Shown here: in pieces, positions 10,229 through 19,866 of the stretch | Numbering within the stretch: position 1 is the first letter of the stretch | How the letters are laid out: every line of letters begins with the position of its first letter | Virus record (IMG/VR): IMGVR_UViG_2706795919_000001 | Location: 11,817-75,816 of that record | Length of the DNA: 64,000 nt | Strand: one strand, 5' to 3' | Origin: a virus | Lineage: Duplodnaviria > Caudoviricetes | Notes under the pieces: model-generated | Seen by the model: the letters and a program-made list of their open reading frames with translations, nothing else | What the model was told of the DNA's origin: nothing | Database searches by the model: none | Program-made: the position numbers and the translations under genes

Positions 10229-11428
10229 ATGTCGTGGGATATAAGCCCACCTGATTTGTCCCGCTCTCCGGCTCGGGGTTGGTTCCCGCCGATTGATAGC
10301 ACGCCTCCCACTTACGGGACTGGCTGGTGGGTCGTTCTCAACGTGGAGAACGCCTTATCGGTGCATTGCGTGACTGAGGCTGAGCTTGGGGCGCTGCTGC
10401 ATCTGGACATGGTTGCAGCGGTTGAGGCTGACCGGGACGCGGCTCTGCGTCAGGTTTCCATGTTGGTCGCTAACAGGCCGATTGAGGTTGACCGCGTACT
10501 CCACATGAGCGCGACGTTCCAGTTCGACTCTGAGTTGTCGGTGGCGGTGGAAAGGTCGCTGAGCTTCACCCGGACTACGGGTCTGGACTTGGCGGCGCTG
10601 ATCACGGCGAACCTGTCGCTCGGCCTTAAGTCGGTTGGTCCGCTTAGCACTCCGCTAAGCCTGACCGCCAACCGGGCCGCAGCACTGACCAAGGTTGCGA
10701 CTCTGGGCTTGCCGCAGTCGTTGTCGGTGGATCGGGTTGCAGAACTTGGCATTCGGTCGAGCATTGACGCGGCTCAGACGATCACCGGCGACCGGTCGCT
10801 TGAGCTTGCGCGGGTCAATTCGATTGCGGCGGCTCAGACGATCAACGCTAACCGCTACGCGGAGATGGGTTTCCCTCCGTACACGGCGGCGGGGCAGACG
10901 TTTACGACAGTCGGCGCTTACACGTACACAATTCCGCGTAGGGCCAACTTCATTGACGTGATCCTGCTTGGCGGCGGCGGCGGCGGTCGCGGAATGATCA
11001 ACTTCGGTGCCTGGGGGCAGGGTGGCCGCGCTTCGTCGTGGGCCATTGTGACGCTTACGCGCGGTGTGCATATTCCGTGGGGCACGTTAACGATCACCGG
11101 GACGATTGGCGACGGCGGTAACGGTAGCTCGGCGTCATTCCTTCCCGCTGCGGGTTCTCCGGGCGGTAATACGACGGCGACGGCTGCGGGCTGGGGAGGG
11201 CTTACGTCTACGGGCGGGGCTGGCGGCGGTAACTCCATTGATCCCGGTGGACAGGGCGTGGACCCGCAGACGCAGACGCTTAGCGGTCAGACCTATACGG
11301 GCGGCGGGCTAACCGCTGGCGGGGATGATGCTGGCGTTCCTGGCGGTGGCGGGCCTGCGGGCATCGTGACCTTTTCCGCTGGCAAAAAGGGTGGTCGCGG
11401 TCAGGCGTGGTTTTACGCATATCAATAA
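10229..11428 (+). CDS. Minor tail protein, glycine-rich C-terminus
   Basis: DVILLGGGGGG and Gly-rich tail ending AWFYAYQ. Confidence 0.82.
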   Translation: MSWDISPPDLSRSPARGWFPPIDSTPPTYGTGWWVVLNVENALSVHCVTEAELGALLHLDMVAAVEADRDAALRQVSMLVANRPIEVDRVLHMSATFQFDSELSVAVERSLSFTRTTGLDLAALITANLSLGLKSVGPLSTPLSLTANRAAALTKVATLGLPQSLSVDRVAELGIRSSIDAAQTITGDRSLELARVNSIAAAQTINANRYAEMGFPPYTAAGQTFTTVGAYTYTIPRRANFIDVILLGGGGGGRGMINFGAWGQGGRASSWAIVTLTRGVHIPWGTLTITGTIGDGGNGSSASFLPAAGSPGGNTTATAAGWGGLTSTGGAGGGNSIDPGGQGVDPQTQTLSGQTYTGGGLTAGGDDAGVPGGGGPAGIVTFSAGKKGGRGQAWFYAYQ

Positions 11429-11455
11429 CTCAATAACAACTTCATAGGGGGCTTT

Positions 11456-11839
11456 ATGGCGTACGGCATTTCTACGTACCTTGCTAACAAGCTGCTAGAT
11501 CACGCGTTTAGGAATGTGGCTTATACGCCACCGACTGCGATTTACGCGAAGCTGCACTTGGGCGATCCGGGCGCAGCCGGTACGGGTAACTCTTCGGCTC
11601 TGACGACGCGCATTGCGACGACGTTTAGCGCGGCGGCTGCTGGCGTTATCGCTATCTCCAATACTCCGGAATTCACGCTTAACGCGACGGAGACGATTGT
11701 GGGCGTCTCATTCTGGGACGCGTCTACGGGCGGCAACTTTCTGTACTCGGTGCAGGCGTCGGTATCTAAGGGTGGCGCTTCGGGCGACATTATCCGCCTG
11801 GCTACTAACACGTTCGGTTTGTCACCGATTGCCGCTTAA
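11456..11839 (+). CDS. Small minor tail protein
   Basis: LHLGDPG, FWDASTGGNFL motifs; GGGGG RBS. Confidence 0.78.
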   Translation: MAYGISTYLANKLLDHAFRNVAYTPPTAIYAKLHLGDPGAAGTGNSSALTTRIATTFSAAAAGVIAISNTPEFTLNATETIVGVSFWDASTGGNFLYSVQASVSKGGASGDIIRLATNTFGLSPIAA

Positions 11840-11850
11840 GGGGGTTAAGG

Positions 11851-12792
11851 ATGCTTAACCTCGCTCCGACGATGGAAACGCTCGCCTTGTCGGCGGGCAG
11901 CGCGTTTGAGATTCCGGGCTGGCGGCTTAAGGGCGCTTACCCGGCTGGCACCGTAGCGAAGATCGTTTTCACGGACGACGCGGGCGGTCTGCTGGGGGAG
12001 TTTCCCGGCTCGGTGACCGCGAAGGAAATTCACTACATTCAGACTGCGGATGACGTTAAGAACATTCCGCACGGCGCGAACTTCCAACTGTTCGTGCAGT
12101 ACCCGGCCTCACAGCCGATCTGTACGCATTACGGAACGGTGATCCGGCGCGAGCCGCGTTATCCGCTTAGCACGGTGGTTAGTCCTGAGGACTCGGCTGT
12201 GCAGTACACGGCGAACTTCATTGGCGAATATATCGGGCCGATGTGGAAGCCGATGGGTAACGGCTGGGGATCGCTCGGGATTCACACGCACGCGCTGATC
12301 AGCCAGGACCCTTCGATGGGTCCCAACTATGCGCTGTTCAGTGAGGCGTGCGCGCGCTGGCTGTGGCCGCTGAATATGGACTCGGTAACGATCAACCTAA
12401 AGGTGCTTAACGTCGGTGCCGGAAAGCTCAATGTCATCGTCTGCGGCGATTACACGCTTGAGACGTACATGGGCATTCAGTTTGAAACCGGCATTAGCAA
12501 TAACCGGGTCCGGGCGATTACCGGTAAGGGTCCATTGGAGTACGACTACCAGGGGACCGCGGTCAATAACACGACCGCTAACGGTGACGTTTATCAGGTC
12601 AAATACAACTTCCTGTCTAACAAGCTGGCGCTCTATAAGGGCACCAGCCTTACCCCGCTCTTGGAGTGGGAGGACGTAGACAACATCGTTCCGCACGGCG
12701 AGGGATTCCGTTATACGGGCCTCGCTTGGCAAACGTCGCTGTTTACGCCGGGCGTTGAGCCTACAGCTTGGGAAGCCAAGGACGGCGTTTAA
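11851..12792 (+). CDS. Minor tail protein
   Basis: 313 aa beta-rich, last gene of the tail block. Confidence 0.7.
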   Translation: MLNLAPTMETLALSAGSAFEIPGWRLKGAYPAGTVAKIVFTDDAGGLLGEFPGSVTAKEIHYIQTADDVKNIPHGANFQLFVQYPASQPICTHYGTVIRREPRYPLSTVVSPEDSAVQYTANFIGEYIGPMWKPMGNGWGSLGIHTHALISQDPSMGPNYALFSEACARWLWPLNMDSVTINLKVLNVGAGKLNVIVCGDYTLETYMGIQFETGISNNRVRAITGKGPLEYDYQGTAVNNTTANGDVYQVKYNFLSNKLALYKGTSLTPLLEWEDVDNIVPHGEGFRYTGLAWQTSLFTPGVEPTAWEAKDGV

Positions 12793-12817
12793 GCCGGTTA
12801 AGGAAAGAAAGGAACAG

Positions 12818-12925
12818 ATGAAGCTAAAGGCAATTCTATTCGTGCTAGGTCTGGCCGTGAAGGTTATCCCCGGCAAGGTGGATGACGAGGCTTACGAACT
12901 GATCAAGAAGCTGCTAGGTCAGTAA
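12818..12925 (+). CDS. 35-aa hydrophobic protein upstream of lysin A (absent from ORF track)
   Basis: AAAGGA RBS, MKLKAILFVLGLAVKVIPGKVDDEAYELIKKLLGQ, TAATG overlap with lysin A. Confidence 0.7.
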   Translation: MKLKAILFVLGLAVKVIPGKVDDEAYELIKKLLGQ

Positions 12926-14400
12926 TGCCTAGAACCGTTTACGGAAACGATTGGTCCGAAAACGGTTGGAGAATGATTTGGGACACGGAGTGCCAGTGGA
13001 CGAATATCCCTGGCACTTCGGTCACATTGCAGATCGCTAAGGGGTGGCCGCTCGCTATCATGCGGGCGTTCGCCGCCGACTTCAACGCTTATGTCGAACC
13101 TCTGCGGGACCCTGACTCTGCGTGTTGGACGCTAACCAACTCGGTTGGCACGTCTAACCACCTGTCGGGCACTGCGATGGACCTTAACTGGAACAGTCAC
13201 CCGTTTAAGATCGCTAACGCTGGCTTTGACGCTGCGAAGATTGCCACCGTTCGGGAGTTGCTTGACTTCTACGAGGGCACGATTTTCTGGGGGAACGACT
13301 GGTCATCGCCTAAAGACGCGATGCATTTCCAGATGGGCTACAACACGTACGGCCAGGCGCGCGTGGGCGACTTTATCGCTCGCAAGATTCGGGCTGACGG
13401 GTTCTCTACGTTCCGGCGCGGAAACACGCCTCAGGCGTCCGATCCGGCGCTGATCCTGTCTCGGGCTACCGGCCTGACGATTAATCGCGCACAGGAGATT
13501 CTACCGGCTGTTGCGGCGGGTCTGAGGCAGTCCGACTGCCTGACCCCGGCCCGTATCGCCATGTGGCTCGCTCAGTGCGGCCATGAGTCGGCGGGGTTCA
13601 ACGCGACGGAGGAATACGAGGACGGCGACGAGTCGCAGGAGCGTTGGAAGTACAAGGGTCGGACGTGGATTCAACTGACGTGGCTTAGCGCTTATCGCGG
13701 CTTCGGTCAGTGGTGCTACGCGCGCGGCCTGGTCAATGACCCGGAAGTGTTCGTTAAGAATCCGAAGTCACTCGCTGATCTGCAATGGGCCGGTCTAGGC
13801 GCTGCCTATTACTGGACGACGACCGTCCGGAGCACGCGCAAGTACCCGACGCTTAACGAGGCGTCGGACGCGCGCGACGTGTTGGTGGCAACTCAAATCA
13901 TTAACGGCGGGACTAACGGCCTACCTGACCGTCAGGACCGCTACAACCGTGCCGTCGCTGTTGGCGACGATCTAACACTAATTATCACTGAGGGGGATGA
14001 TTTCTTGAGCGCGCTTAATGCAGACGAACAGCGCGAAATGCTCAATCTGCTGCGGTGGATCGCGGCTCCCGAATATGGCGAGCTTCGCAAGCTGTTCCAA
14101 GACGAGAACATGTACCGCGAGGGCAACGAGCGTAACGGCACGTTGGCTAAGAAGGTGTTCAACTCTGCCACGTTCGGGTGGGAGGACCGCGTTGAGCGGA
14201 GCGCTGAGCGCGGCGAGGAATGGGCTTTGGACCTAGTTGCTCAGGCTGCGGCTGGAACGCTAGCTGGCGTTAAGCGGGCTGACGGTACTCCTGATCCGTT
14301 CCTGGTTGGTCACGCGAGGTCAGTTCTTAAGGACCTTGAGAAGCACTATCCCGAAGTGCTTGAGGAATACCTGGCTAAGAAGAGGGGAGGGGCTGCTTAA
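12925..14400 (+). CDS. Lysin A (M15-like peptidase plus GH19 glycoside hydrolase domain)
   Basis: SNHLSGTAMDLNW and DAMHFQ; AMWLAQCGHES, YKGRTWIQLT, IINGGTNGL. Confidence 0.93.
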   Translation: MPRTVYGNDWSENGWRMIWDTECQWTNIPGTSVTLQIAKGWPLAIMRAFAADFNAYVEPLRDPDSACWTLTNSVGTSNHLSGTAMDLNWNSHPFKIANAGFDAAKIATVRELLDFYEGTIFWGNDWSSPKDAMHFQMGYNTYGQARVGDFIARKIRADGFSTFRRGNTPQASDPALILSRATGLTINRAQEILPAVAAGLRQSDCLTPARIAMWLAQCGHESAGFNATEEYEDGDESQERWKYKGRTWIQLTWLSAYRGFGQWCYARGLVNDPEVFVKNPKSLADLQWAGLGAAYYWTTTVRSTRKYPTLNEASDARDVLVATQIINGGTNGLPDRQDRYNRAVAVGDDLTLIITEGDDFLSALNADEQREMLNLLRWIAAPEYGELRKLFQDENMYREGNERNGTLAKKVFNSATFGWEDRVERSAERGEEWALDLVAQAAAGTLAGVKRADGTPDPFLVGHARSVLKDLEKHYPEVLEEYLAKKRGGAA

Positions 14401-14801
14401 TGAATCCTAAGATTCGTCAGTCCATTTATTACGTCGGCGCTATCGTGCCGGGCCTCCTGGGGCTGTTTATGCTCTGGGCTGGTCTAACGCAGGATGACGC
14501 GGACAGTATTCAGAACATCGTTTCGGGCGTTGTTTCGATTCTCGGTGCGGGCGCTCCGGCCACGGCTGCCATTAAGGTCGGCCAGCAGCGTAAGGACGGC
14601 ACGTTCGATTCCGTTAGCCCGGCTGAGGCTGTCGTTAACGGAGTCCAGGCTGTGCTTGAGGCGCAGGCCAGCGCGGCGGCTGAGGTTGACAAGGTTAAGA
14701 CGGCCATTACCGGCGCGGTTAACCAGATTCCGGGTTTCGGTCCGCTGGCCGCGCAGATTATCCAAGCGTCCGGTTTCGACCTTGGGAAGTCGCAGGGCTA
14801 A
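14400..14801 (+). CDS. Holin
   Basis: Two N-terminal hydrophobic segments; lies between lysin A and lysin B. Confidence 0.8.
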   Translation: MNPKIRQSIYYVGAIVPGLLGLFMLWAGLTQDDADSIQNIVSGVVSILGAGAPATAAIKVGQQRKDGTFDSVSPAEAVVNGVQAVLEAQASAAAEVDKVKTAITGAVNQIPGFGPLAAQIIQASGFDLGKSQG

Positions 14802-15845
14802 ATGCCCTTGCGCTTAGGCGACCGTAACGAATCGGTGCGCCAGTGGCGGGTAAAGATGAATGCGTGGTTTGGCGGGCTTTATACCCGCCTCCACGGCCCG
14901 CTGCCTATGGATACAGACGAGTTCGGCCCTCGCGCCGTGCTCTGGCAGAAAGAGTATGAGTTTCGGACCGGGCAGGTTCAGGATGGCGTGGTTAGCGATA
15001 ACGACCTAAACGCGCTTAAGGTTCCGCTGCCGGTAGTTATTGGTCCGTCGATTATCCACTTCTCAATCAACGGTGCCGGTTCTACATGGGACATGGGCTA
15101 CCCGTATGACATTGGCGAGCTTCTAGATAAGCGGAAGTGTTATCACCAGCCTGTCGGCTATGACACTTCGCCGGTGCCTATGAGTCGTGGCGTTAAGACG
15201 GGCGTTGAAGAGTTCATCCGGTTGCTGCGTCTGCACAACTGCCAGGTTGTTCCGTGGTGCTTCACCGCGTACAGCATGGGTGCCATCGTCGCTATGACGG
15301 TGCTAATGCGGGTCCTGTACGGCGATCTGCAAGAGTTCAAGGCCACCTACAGGGGCAGTAACGCGTTCGGCAATCCGATGCGTCAGAACGGGCATACGTT
15401 CCCCGGCTGCGCCTACTCGGACGGCGAGGGGATTGTGCTGCCTAACGCGCATGACACTCCGGCTGAGCACTGGGACTTCACGTCGGATAAGCGGATGGTT
15501 GGCGCTAAGGGGGATGACCTCTACTCGTCGTTCGCTAAGCCGGGTAGCTCGGCTGAGCAGAACGAGAACATGCGCGCTGTCTGGGACATTGTGAATACCG
15601 GTAACCCGCTTAACTTGGGTAAGCAGGTATTGGAGTTGGTTCTGTCTCCGACGTGGCACGAAGCGCAAGGCGCTGCTACTGCCGCGTGGGATGCGATTGT
15701 GTTCTTTATCGCTAAGGGCACTAGTCCACATACGACGTACCAGTTCATTAAGCCGATTCCCGGCGACCCGCGCGACTGTTGGCAGATCGCGCTTAATCAC
15801 ATGCAAGACATTGTTGCCAGCGTGCCTATGCGCGCGGCGGCTTAG
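14802..15845 (+). CDS. Lysin B (cutinase-like esterase)
   Basis: N-terminal peptidoglycan-binding-like region, AYSMGA nucleophile elbow, FGNPMR. Confidence 0.9.
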   Translation: MPLRLGDRNESVRQWRVKMNAWFGGLYTRLHGPLPMDTDEFGPRAVLWQKEYEFRTGQVQDGVVSDNDLNALKVPLPVVIGPSIIHFSINGAGSTWDMGYPYDIGELLDKRKCYHQPVGYDTSPVPMSRGVKTGVEEFIRLLRLHNCQVVPWCFTAYSMGAIVAMTVLMRVLYGDLQEFKATYRGSNAFGNPMRQNGHTFPGCAYSDGEGIVLPNAHDTPAEHWDFTSDKRMVGAKGDDLYSSFAKPGSSAEQNENMRAVWDIVNTGNPLNLGKQVLELVLSPTWHEAQGAATAAWDAIVFFIAKGTSPHTTYQFIKPIPGDPRDCWQIALNHMQDIVASVPMRAAA

Positions 15846-15857
15846 GAGGTAAGGACA

Positions 15858-16319
15858 TTGTTGGTATTTGACGAGCAGTTGCCGGTGCTGGACGACAGCT
15901 TTGAGGGCAATGAGGTAAATCTGCTAGCGGTCCGTGGCCGCAGGGTTGACCCGCACTTTCGCCGGAACTACGCATGGGCCAAGCACGCGATTGATCGCGG
16001 CGCGATCCGCAAGGTGGTTGTGATCGTGGCGCTCGGCTCGGACTCTTGGGTCCATACGGTCGGTGCGGTCACGTCGGCGCTCTCGGGCGGCAAGCTGCAC
16101 CAGGGCGCGCGGTTCAAGGTGGACGCTGAGGTCAGCGACATTGGCACTGACAAGGTGACGCAGGTTCTCGCGGCGCTCAAAGAGCTTGAGGGTCCAAAGG
16201 ACGTTTACGTTCTGGACAATGCGAAGGCTCTTGCGACTAAGCAGCCTAAGCCGAAGCCTGCACCGAAGCCGGAGCCTGAACAGCCGGTGGAGGATACCCC
16301 GCCAGTTAGCGAGAGCTAA
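15858..16319 (+). CDS. Hypothetical protein
   Basis: GGAGG RBS, 153 aa, in operon. Confidence 0.7.
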   Translation: MLVFDEQLPVLDDSFEGNEVNLLAVRGRRVDPHFRRNYAWAKHAIDRGAIRKVVVIVALGSDSWVHTVGAVTSALSGGKLHQGARFKVDAEVSDIGTDKVTQVLAALKELEGPKDVYVLDNAKALATKQPKPKPAPKPEPEQPVEDTPPVSES

Positions 16320-16321
16320 GC

Positions 16322-16741
16322 ATGGAGACGGGCGACTGGACTGTAATGCTGACGACGAACTGGCCGACGATTGCGGTTGTCGCGTCGTTAATGTTCGGCA
16401 TCTATGTCATCGTCCGTTTCCTGGCTGGAACTTTTGAGGCGTTTGGTGATGCGCTCGGGCCGGTAGGGAAGTGGTTCCAGGCCCGGCGCGCAATCTCGCA
16501 AGCTGAATCAGACGATATGCGGCGTCAGATCGTGGCCTTGGATAGGCGCGTTCGGGCGCTGCTGTATCGGGACGAATGTTACTTCGCGTACATGGTGACG
16601 GATGCGGAGTGGCACCGCAGGGCAGAGCTTATCGCTATCGCTAAGGGCTGGGACCTAGAGCCACATATCCCGTTCCTCCGCTTCCGTGATCAGTGGATGC
16701 GCGAACGAGGAATTGATAAGGAACTAGAAATATGGACGTAA
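16322..16741 (+). CDS. Membrane protein
   Basis: One N-terminal TM segment followed by a coiled coil. Confidence 0.7.
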   Translation: METGDWTVMLTTNWPTIAVVASLMFGIYVIVRFLAGTFEAFGDALGPVGKWFQARRAISQAESDDMRRQIVALDRRVRALLYRDECYFAYMVTDAEWHRRAELIAIAKGWDLEPHIPFLRFRDQWMRERGIDKELEIWT

Positions 16742-16998
16742 CGGTGTACTCACCGGCTACCCCTTGCACCGGCTGCATGGCTACGAAGCTCGCGCTTAAG
16801 AAGAACGGACTCCCGTTTGCTGCGGAGATTGCTACTGATGACCAGATTGAGGCGTTTAAGGCTGATGGGCACTCAGCGTTCCCGGTCGTTGTCGTTGAAC
16901 TAGGCGACGGCGCTACGTGGACGTGGAGTGGTTATCGCCATGACGACATTAAGCGTCTGAAAGAACTAAGTGAGGAAACGAAGCCGTTAGCGGCTTAA
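16732..16998 (+). CDS. nrdH: NrdH-like glutaredoxin
   Basis: VTVYS..CTGC..TK, PVVV, WSGYR motifs. Confidence 0.85.
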   Translation: MDVTVYSPATPCTGCMATKLALKKNGLPFAAEIATDDQIEAFKADGHSAFPVVVVELGDGATWTWSGYRHDDIKRLKELSEETKPLAA

Positions 16999-17004
16999 CA
17001 AACT

Positions 17005-17061
17005 CGGGCACTCGCGCTCCCTCTATTTCCCCGGAGGTTGAGCGCGGGTGCCCGCTTTTTT
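17005..17061 (+). terminator. Intrinsic terminator closing the structural/lysis operon
   Basis: CGGGCACTCGCGCTC / GAGCGCGGGTGCCCG stem followed by CTTTTTT. Confidence 0.85.
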
Positions 17062-17067
17062 GTGTTT

Positions 17068-17257
17068 AAAAGGGGACCGACCCGGCAACAGTGCAACAGC
17101 CGATTACCCTTTAAGACGGGCCGGTCCCCCGCCTGGTGGAGAGGGAGGCCAGGGCCAACATGTCGGCCAGTCCTGGCCTCCCCTGAACGGCTGCCGAAGG
17201 TTAACAATGGACCGGGGGGGAGGGGGTGTCCATCGCAGTCATCCGACAGCCGCTTCA
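17068..17257 (-). ncRNA. Putative ~190-nt sRNA with three hairpins and a C-rich loop
   Basis: Leftward TTGACA-N16-TAGCCT at 17289-17262; three consecutive stems; last stem followed by TTTT; a G-U pair favours the minus strand. Confidence 0.6.
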
Positions 17258-17315
17258 AGCCAGGCTAGGGAGTTTTTGGCACCTGTCAAGCTCGTCAATT
17301 TGCTTGCAATTACAG

Positions 17316-17591
17316 CTAATTTTCAGGCCAGGTTACCGGTGGGTATTCCCCGTAGTAACCGGTCAGTTCGTCGCCTCGCAGCAAAGCTGAGTCCTGTTCG
17401 TACGCCCTGTGAACTAAATCACGTTGGAGTTTCCTGTGAGCGTCCAACCGTCGCAGGACGTACGCAAGAATTCGCTTGGCGACCTTGTAGCTCAGGTACA
17501 AGGCCAGACCGAGAAGGACCCACTTCCAGATCGCGGAGACGACCGCGAACAGGACCGCGCCAACCACCAGCCAAACGAAGAGTTCTCCCAT
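17316..17591 (-). CDS. Small membrane protein
   Basis: Strongly hydrophobic N-terminal 35 aa. Confidence 0.75.
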   Translation of the reverse strand: MGELFVWLVVGAVLFAVVSAIWKWVLLGLALYLSYKVAKRILAYVLRRLDAHRKLQRDLVHRAYEQDSALLRGDELTGYYGEYPPVTWPEN

Positions 17592-17600
17592 AGGGAGAGC

Positions 17601-18341
17601 TTAGACAGGAAAGGGGACGTTATTCCATACCCGCGAGTGAACTTCCACCAGCCAAGCGTTTACCACGTCCATGTCCGGGCGCAGCGGGAGCTTAGAGGTT
17701 TGCCCCGCCTCTTCGATCCGTTCGCGCCAGTAGACGATTTCCTCAAGAGCCTTAGCCTCGCTTAGCTCGCCATTGCGAACGCTTAGCAGAAAGTCGCGCG
17801 CGAGGTCGTGCATAGGCATGGTCATGGTTTGGTGGGTCAGCATTTCGTGGCCCTGAATCAGTAGCCGGATCGCGTGGAATGCGGCCTTAGTGTCGTAGCC
17901 GTGCTTAGCGATTAGTTCGGGCCGGTTAGTCCTGGGCGCGCGCACGCCGGTCAGCCGGTCGTACATGCCGTTGGCGTACCCGACGTGGGTTACCGCGATC
18001 TGCCGGGACAGGAGGTTAGGCGCGAATGCCTGCAATCCGATTGTGTCGGGCCATGCCAGGTTCGGCGTGAATAGCAGCGTGTGGAGCGTCGGGTTACCCT
18101 TGACGATTTCGCTGACGAACTTCCGGAGGCCGTAGTAGACAATCTCCGTGTCTCCCGGCTCGCTCTTAACCCCTTCGGCCCGGTCCCGCACTTTGAACGC
18201 TCCACGGAGCGCTGAGAGGCCAATAAGCCCCTCTGGCGGGTCTGCGTAGACCGCGATGTAGTCGTGATCGCTCTCCGGCACCCCAAGGCCGTGTGCGATT
18301 GATCCGATTTCCCCCATGATGAGCGGCTGTACGTCAGCCAT
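17601..18341 (-). CDS. Pol-beta superfamily nucleotidyltransferase (RlaP/YcgL-like)
   Basis: GSIAHGL..PESDHD, KGNP and YDTKAAFHAIRLL motifs. Confidence 0.85.
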   Translation of the reverse strand: MADVQPLIMGEIGSIAHGLGVPESDHDYIAVYADPPEGLIGLSALRGAFKVRDRAEGVKSEPGDTEIVYYGLRKFVSEIVKGNPTLHTLLFTPNLAWPDTIGLQAFAPNLLSRQIAVTHVGYANGMYDRLTGVRAPRTNRPELIAKHGYDTKAAFHAIRLLIQGHEMLTHQTMTMPMHDLARDFLLSVRNGELSEAKALEEIVYWRERIEEAGQTSKLPLRPDMDVVNAWLVEVHSRVWNNVPFPV

Positions 18342-18358
18342 CTTTCCCCCTAAACGGA

Positions 18359-18402
18359 GCTAGCCCCGGTGAATCCCCCTCCCAGAGGTCACCAGGGCTA
18401 GC
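18359..18402 (-). terminator. Hairpin between lsr2 and the nucleotidyltransferase gene
   Basis: GCTAGCCCTGGTGA / TCACCGGGGCTAGC stem; G-rich loop on the minus strand. Confidence 0.55.
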
Positions 18403-18436
18403 GGTCCGTGTCGTACGTCCGTTGACGTACCCGCGT

Positions 18437-18877
18437 TTATGTACCCGAAAACGCAGGTTCGTCCTTCTTTGCGGTCGGCGCTTTCTTGGCCGGTGCGGCT
18501 TTCTTAGCCGGTTCCGGCTTGTCCTCGGACGTTGCGGCTTTCCATGCTCGCACGACCTCGGCGCTTACGCGACCCTTCTCCGCTACGTCCATACCGTTTG
18601 CCTGTGCCCAGGCACGGATTTCCGCGAGCGGCAGACCCGGCTCCCCACCGGAATGCGTGATCCGCGTACCGCTGCGCTTACGCGCCCGGCCACTACCGGA
18701 GCCGGTACGGGAGGCCACTTCGGTCCACTTCGCCATGTCCTGATCGAACAGCTTCGCGTTCTTTTCGGACAGGTCCAGGTGGTAGCCGACGTTGCCAACC
18801 GAGAACTCGCGCTCGGTTTCCGCGTCCAGGGTGTCGTCCAGGTCATCGAACAGAGTGACCGTTACGCGCTTACCCAT
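18437..18877 (-). CDS. lsr2: Lsr2-like nucleoid-associated protein
   Basis: MGKRVTVTLFDDLD, YHLDLS, IRAWAQANG..V..KGRV. Confidence 0.93.
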   Translation of the reverse strand: MGKRVTVTLFDDLDDTLDAETEREFSVGNVGYHLDLSEKNAKLFDQDMAKWTEVASRTGSGSGRARKRSGTRITHSGGEPGLPLAEIRAWAQANGMDVAEKGRVSAEVVRAWKAATSEDKPEPAKKAAPAKKAPTAKKDEPAFSGT

Positions 18878-18964
18878 CGTTTCATCCCTTCTCGGTTTTC
18901 GTATCCCATCTTGGTTTGGGTACGTGGTGTGACCACTAAAGCACCCCGGTTGCTAATCCGTCAA

Positions 18965-19348
18965 CTAGTGAAGCGGATTAGTTAGCGATTGAGCTATGTA
19001 GAGCACCAGCAGCGTTAGCAGCACGACCGCGACTGTACCCCCGATAAGCAGGGACATTCCCTTGGGGCGCTTACGACGCGCGGGCGGCTTAATGCGAGGG
19101 CCGCGTTCCTCTAACACTGGCGGGCGCGGACGAGGCCGGGGAGGCGTTAACCCACGCTCACGTTCTAGCAGGTAAGAGGGCGGAATGCCCATAACCGTTC
19201 TACGGAATTCCTCGCGGTTCTTAGCGTAGCTCTGCACCATGCGTTCGTACTCGCGGCGCTGGCTCTGTGCGGCATTGATCATGGCTTGGCGCTCGCGCGT
19301 GATCTGCGCGTCAAGCTCCCGGAGGAAGTCGTCGGTGAACCTCGTCAT
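18965..19348 (-). CDS. Membrane protein with C-terminal anchor
   Basis: Coiled coil, Pro/Arg linker, C-terminal TM helix. Confidence 0.7.
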   Translation of the reverse strand: MTRFTDDFLRELDAQITRERQAMINAAQSQRREYERMVQSYAKNREEFRRTVMGIPPSYLLERERGLTPPRPRPRPPVLEERGPRIKPPARRKRPKGMSLLIGGTVAVVLLTLLVLYIAQSLTNPLH

Positions 19349-19379
19349 CGCGCGCGCGTGTCTCCTTCCGCACTTAACA

Positions 19380-19850
19380 GAGCGTGTGTTTTTAACTTGC
19401 TTGTTTAACTACTCAAGGTGACGTTCCGTAGGTGGTTAGCTCTTGTCGTTGCGGTAGTGGGGAACGGCACTAGCAGAGGGTCTTTAAAGAGCATCTGCAT
19501 TTTTGAAGCGATATGGAATTAATAAAGAAATCTCTTAGGGTCGTCTTACCGCTCTGGGGTTGTCCCAGCGTGTCCGCAGGTGCTAGAAGCGCACCCTTCT
19601 TAACCTGCGGGGATGCCACGCGACCAGGGCCGAAAGGTAAAGTTTTAGGTATAGCGACTCCGGAAAACGCTCTGACCTGCATGTTCTTAAGGTCACCGAA
19701 GGCTTAAAAGTCTAGAGGTAACACCCCCGCACGCCCTGGTGTAGTCTGTCAAACACGCAGCTAAGAGGCTTAACGGACGCCTATGCAACCCTATGCAGGC
19801 ACACGCTAAGTGATAGCTGTTAGGTATAGTTCGGCAGGTTTCGGCACCAG
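19380..19850. other. Probable attP region (core not identified)
   Basis: AT-richer gap upstream of the integrase; short direct repeats TTTAACT x2 and CCTATGCA x2 resemble arm sites. Confidence 0.45.
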
Positions 19851-19866
19851 TGGAGGTACAGCGAAA

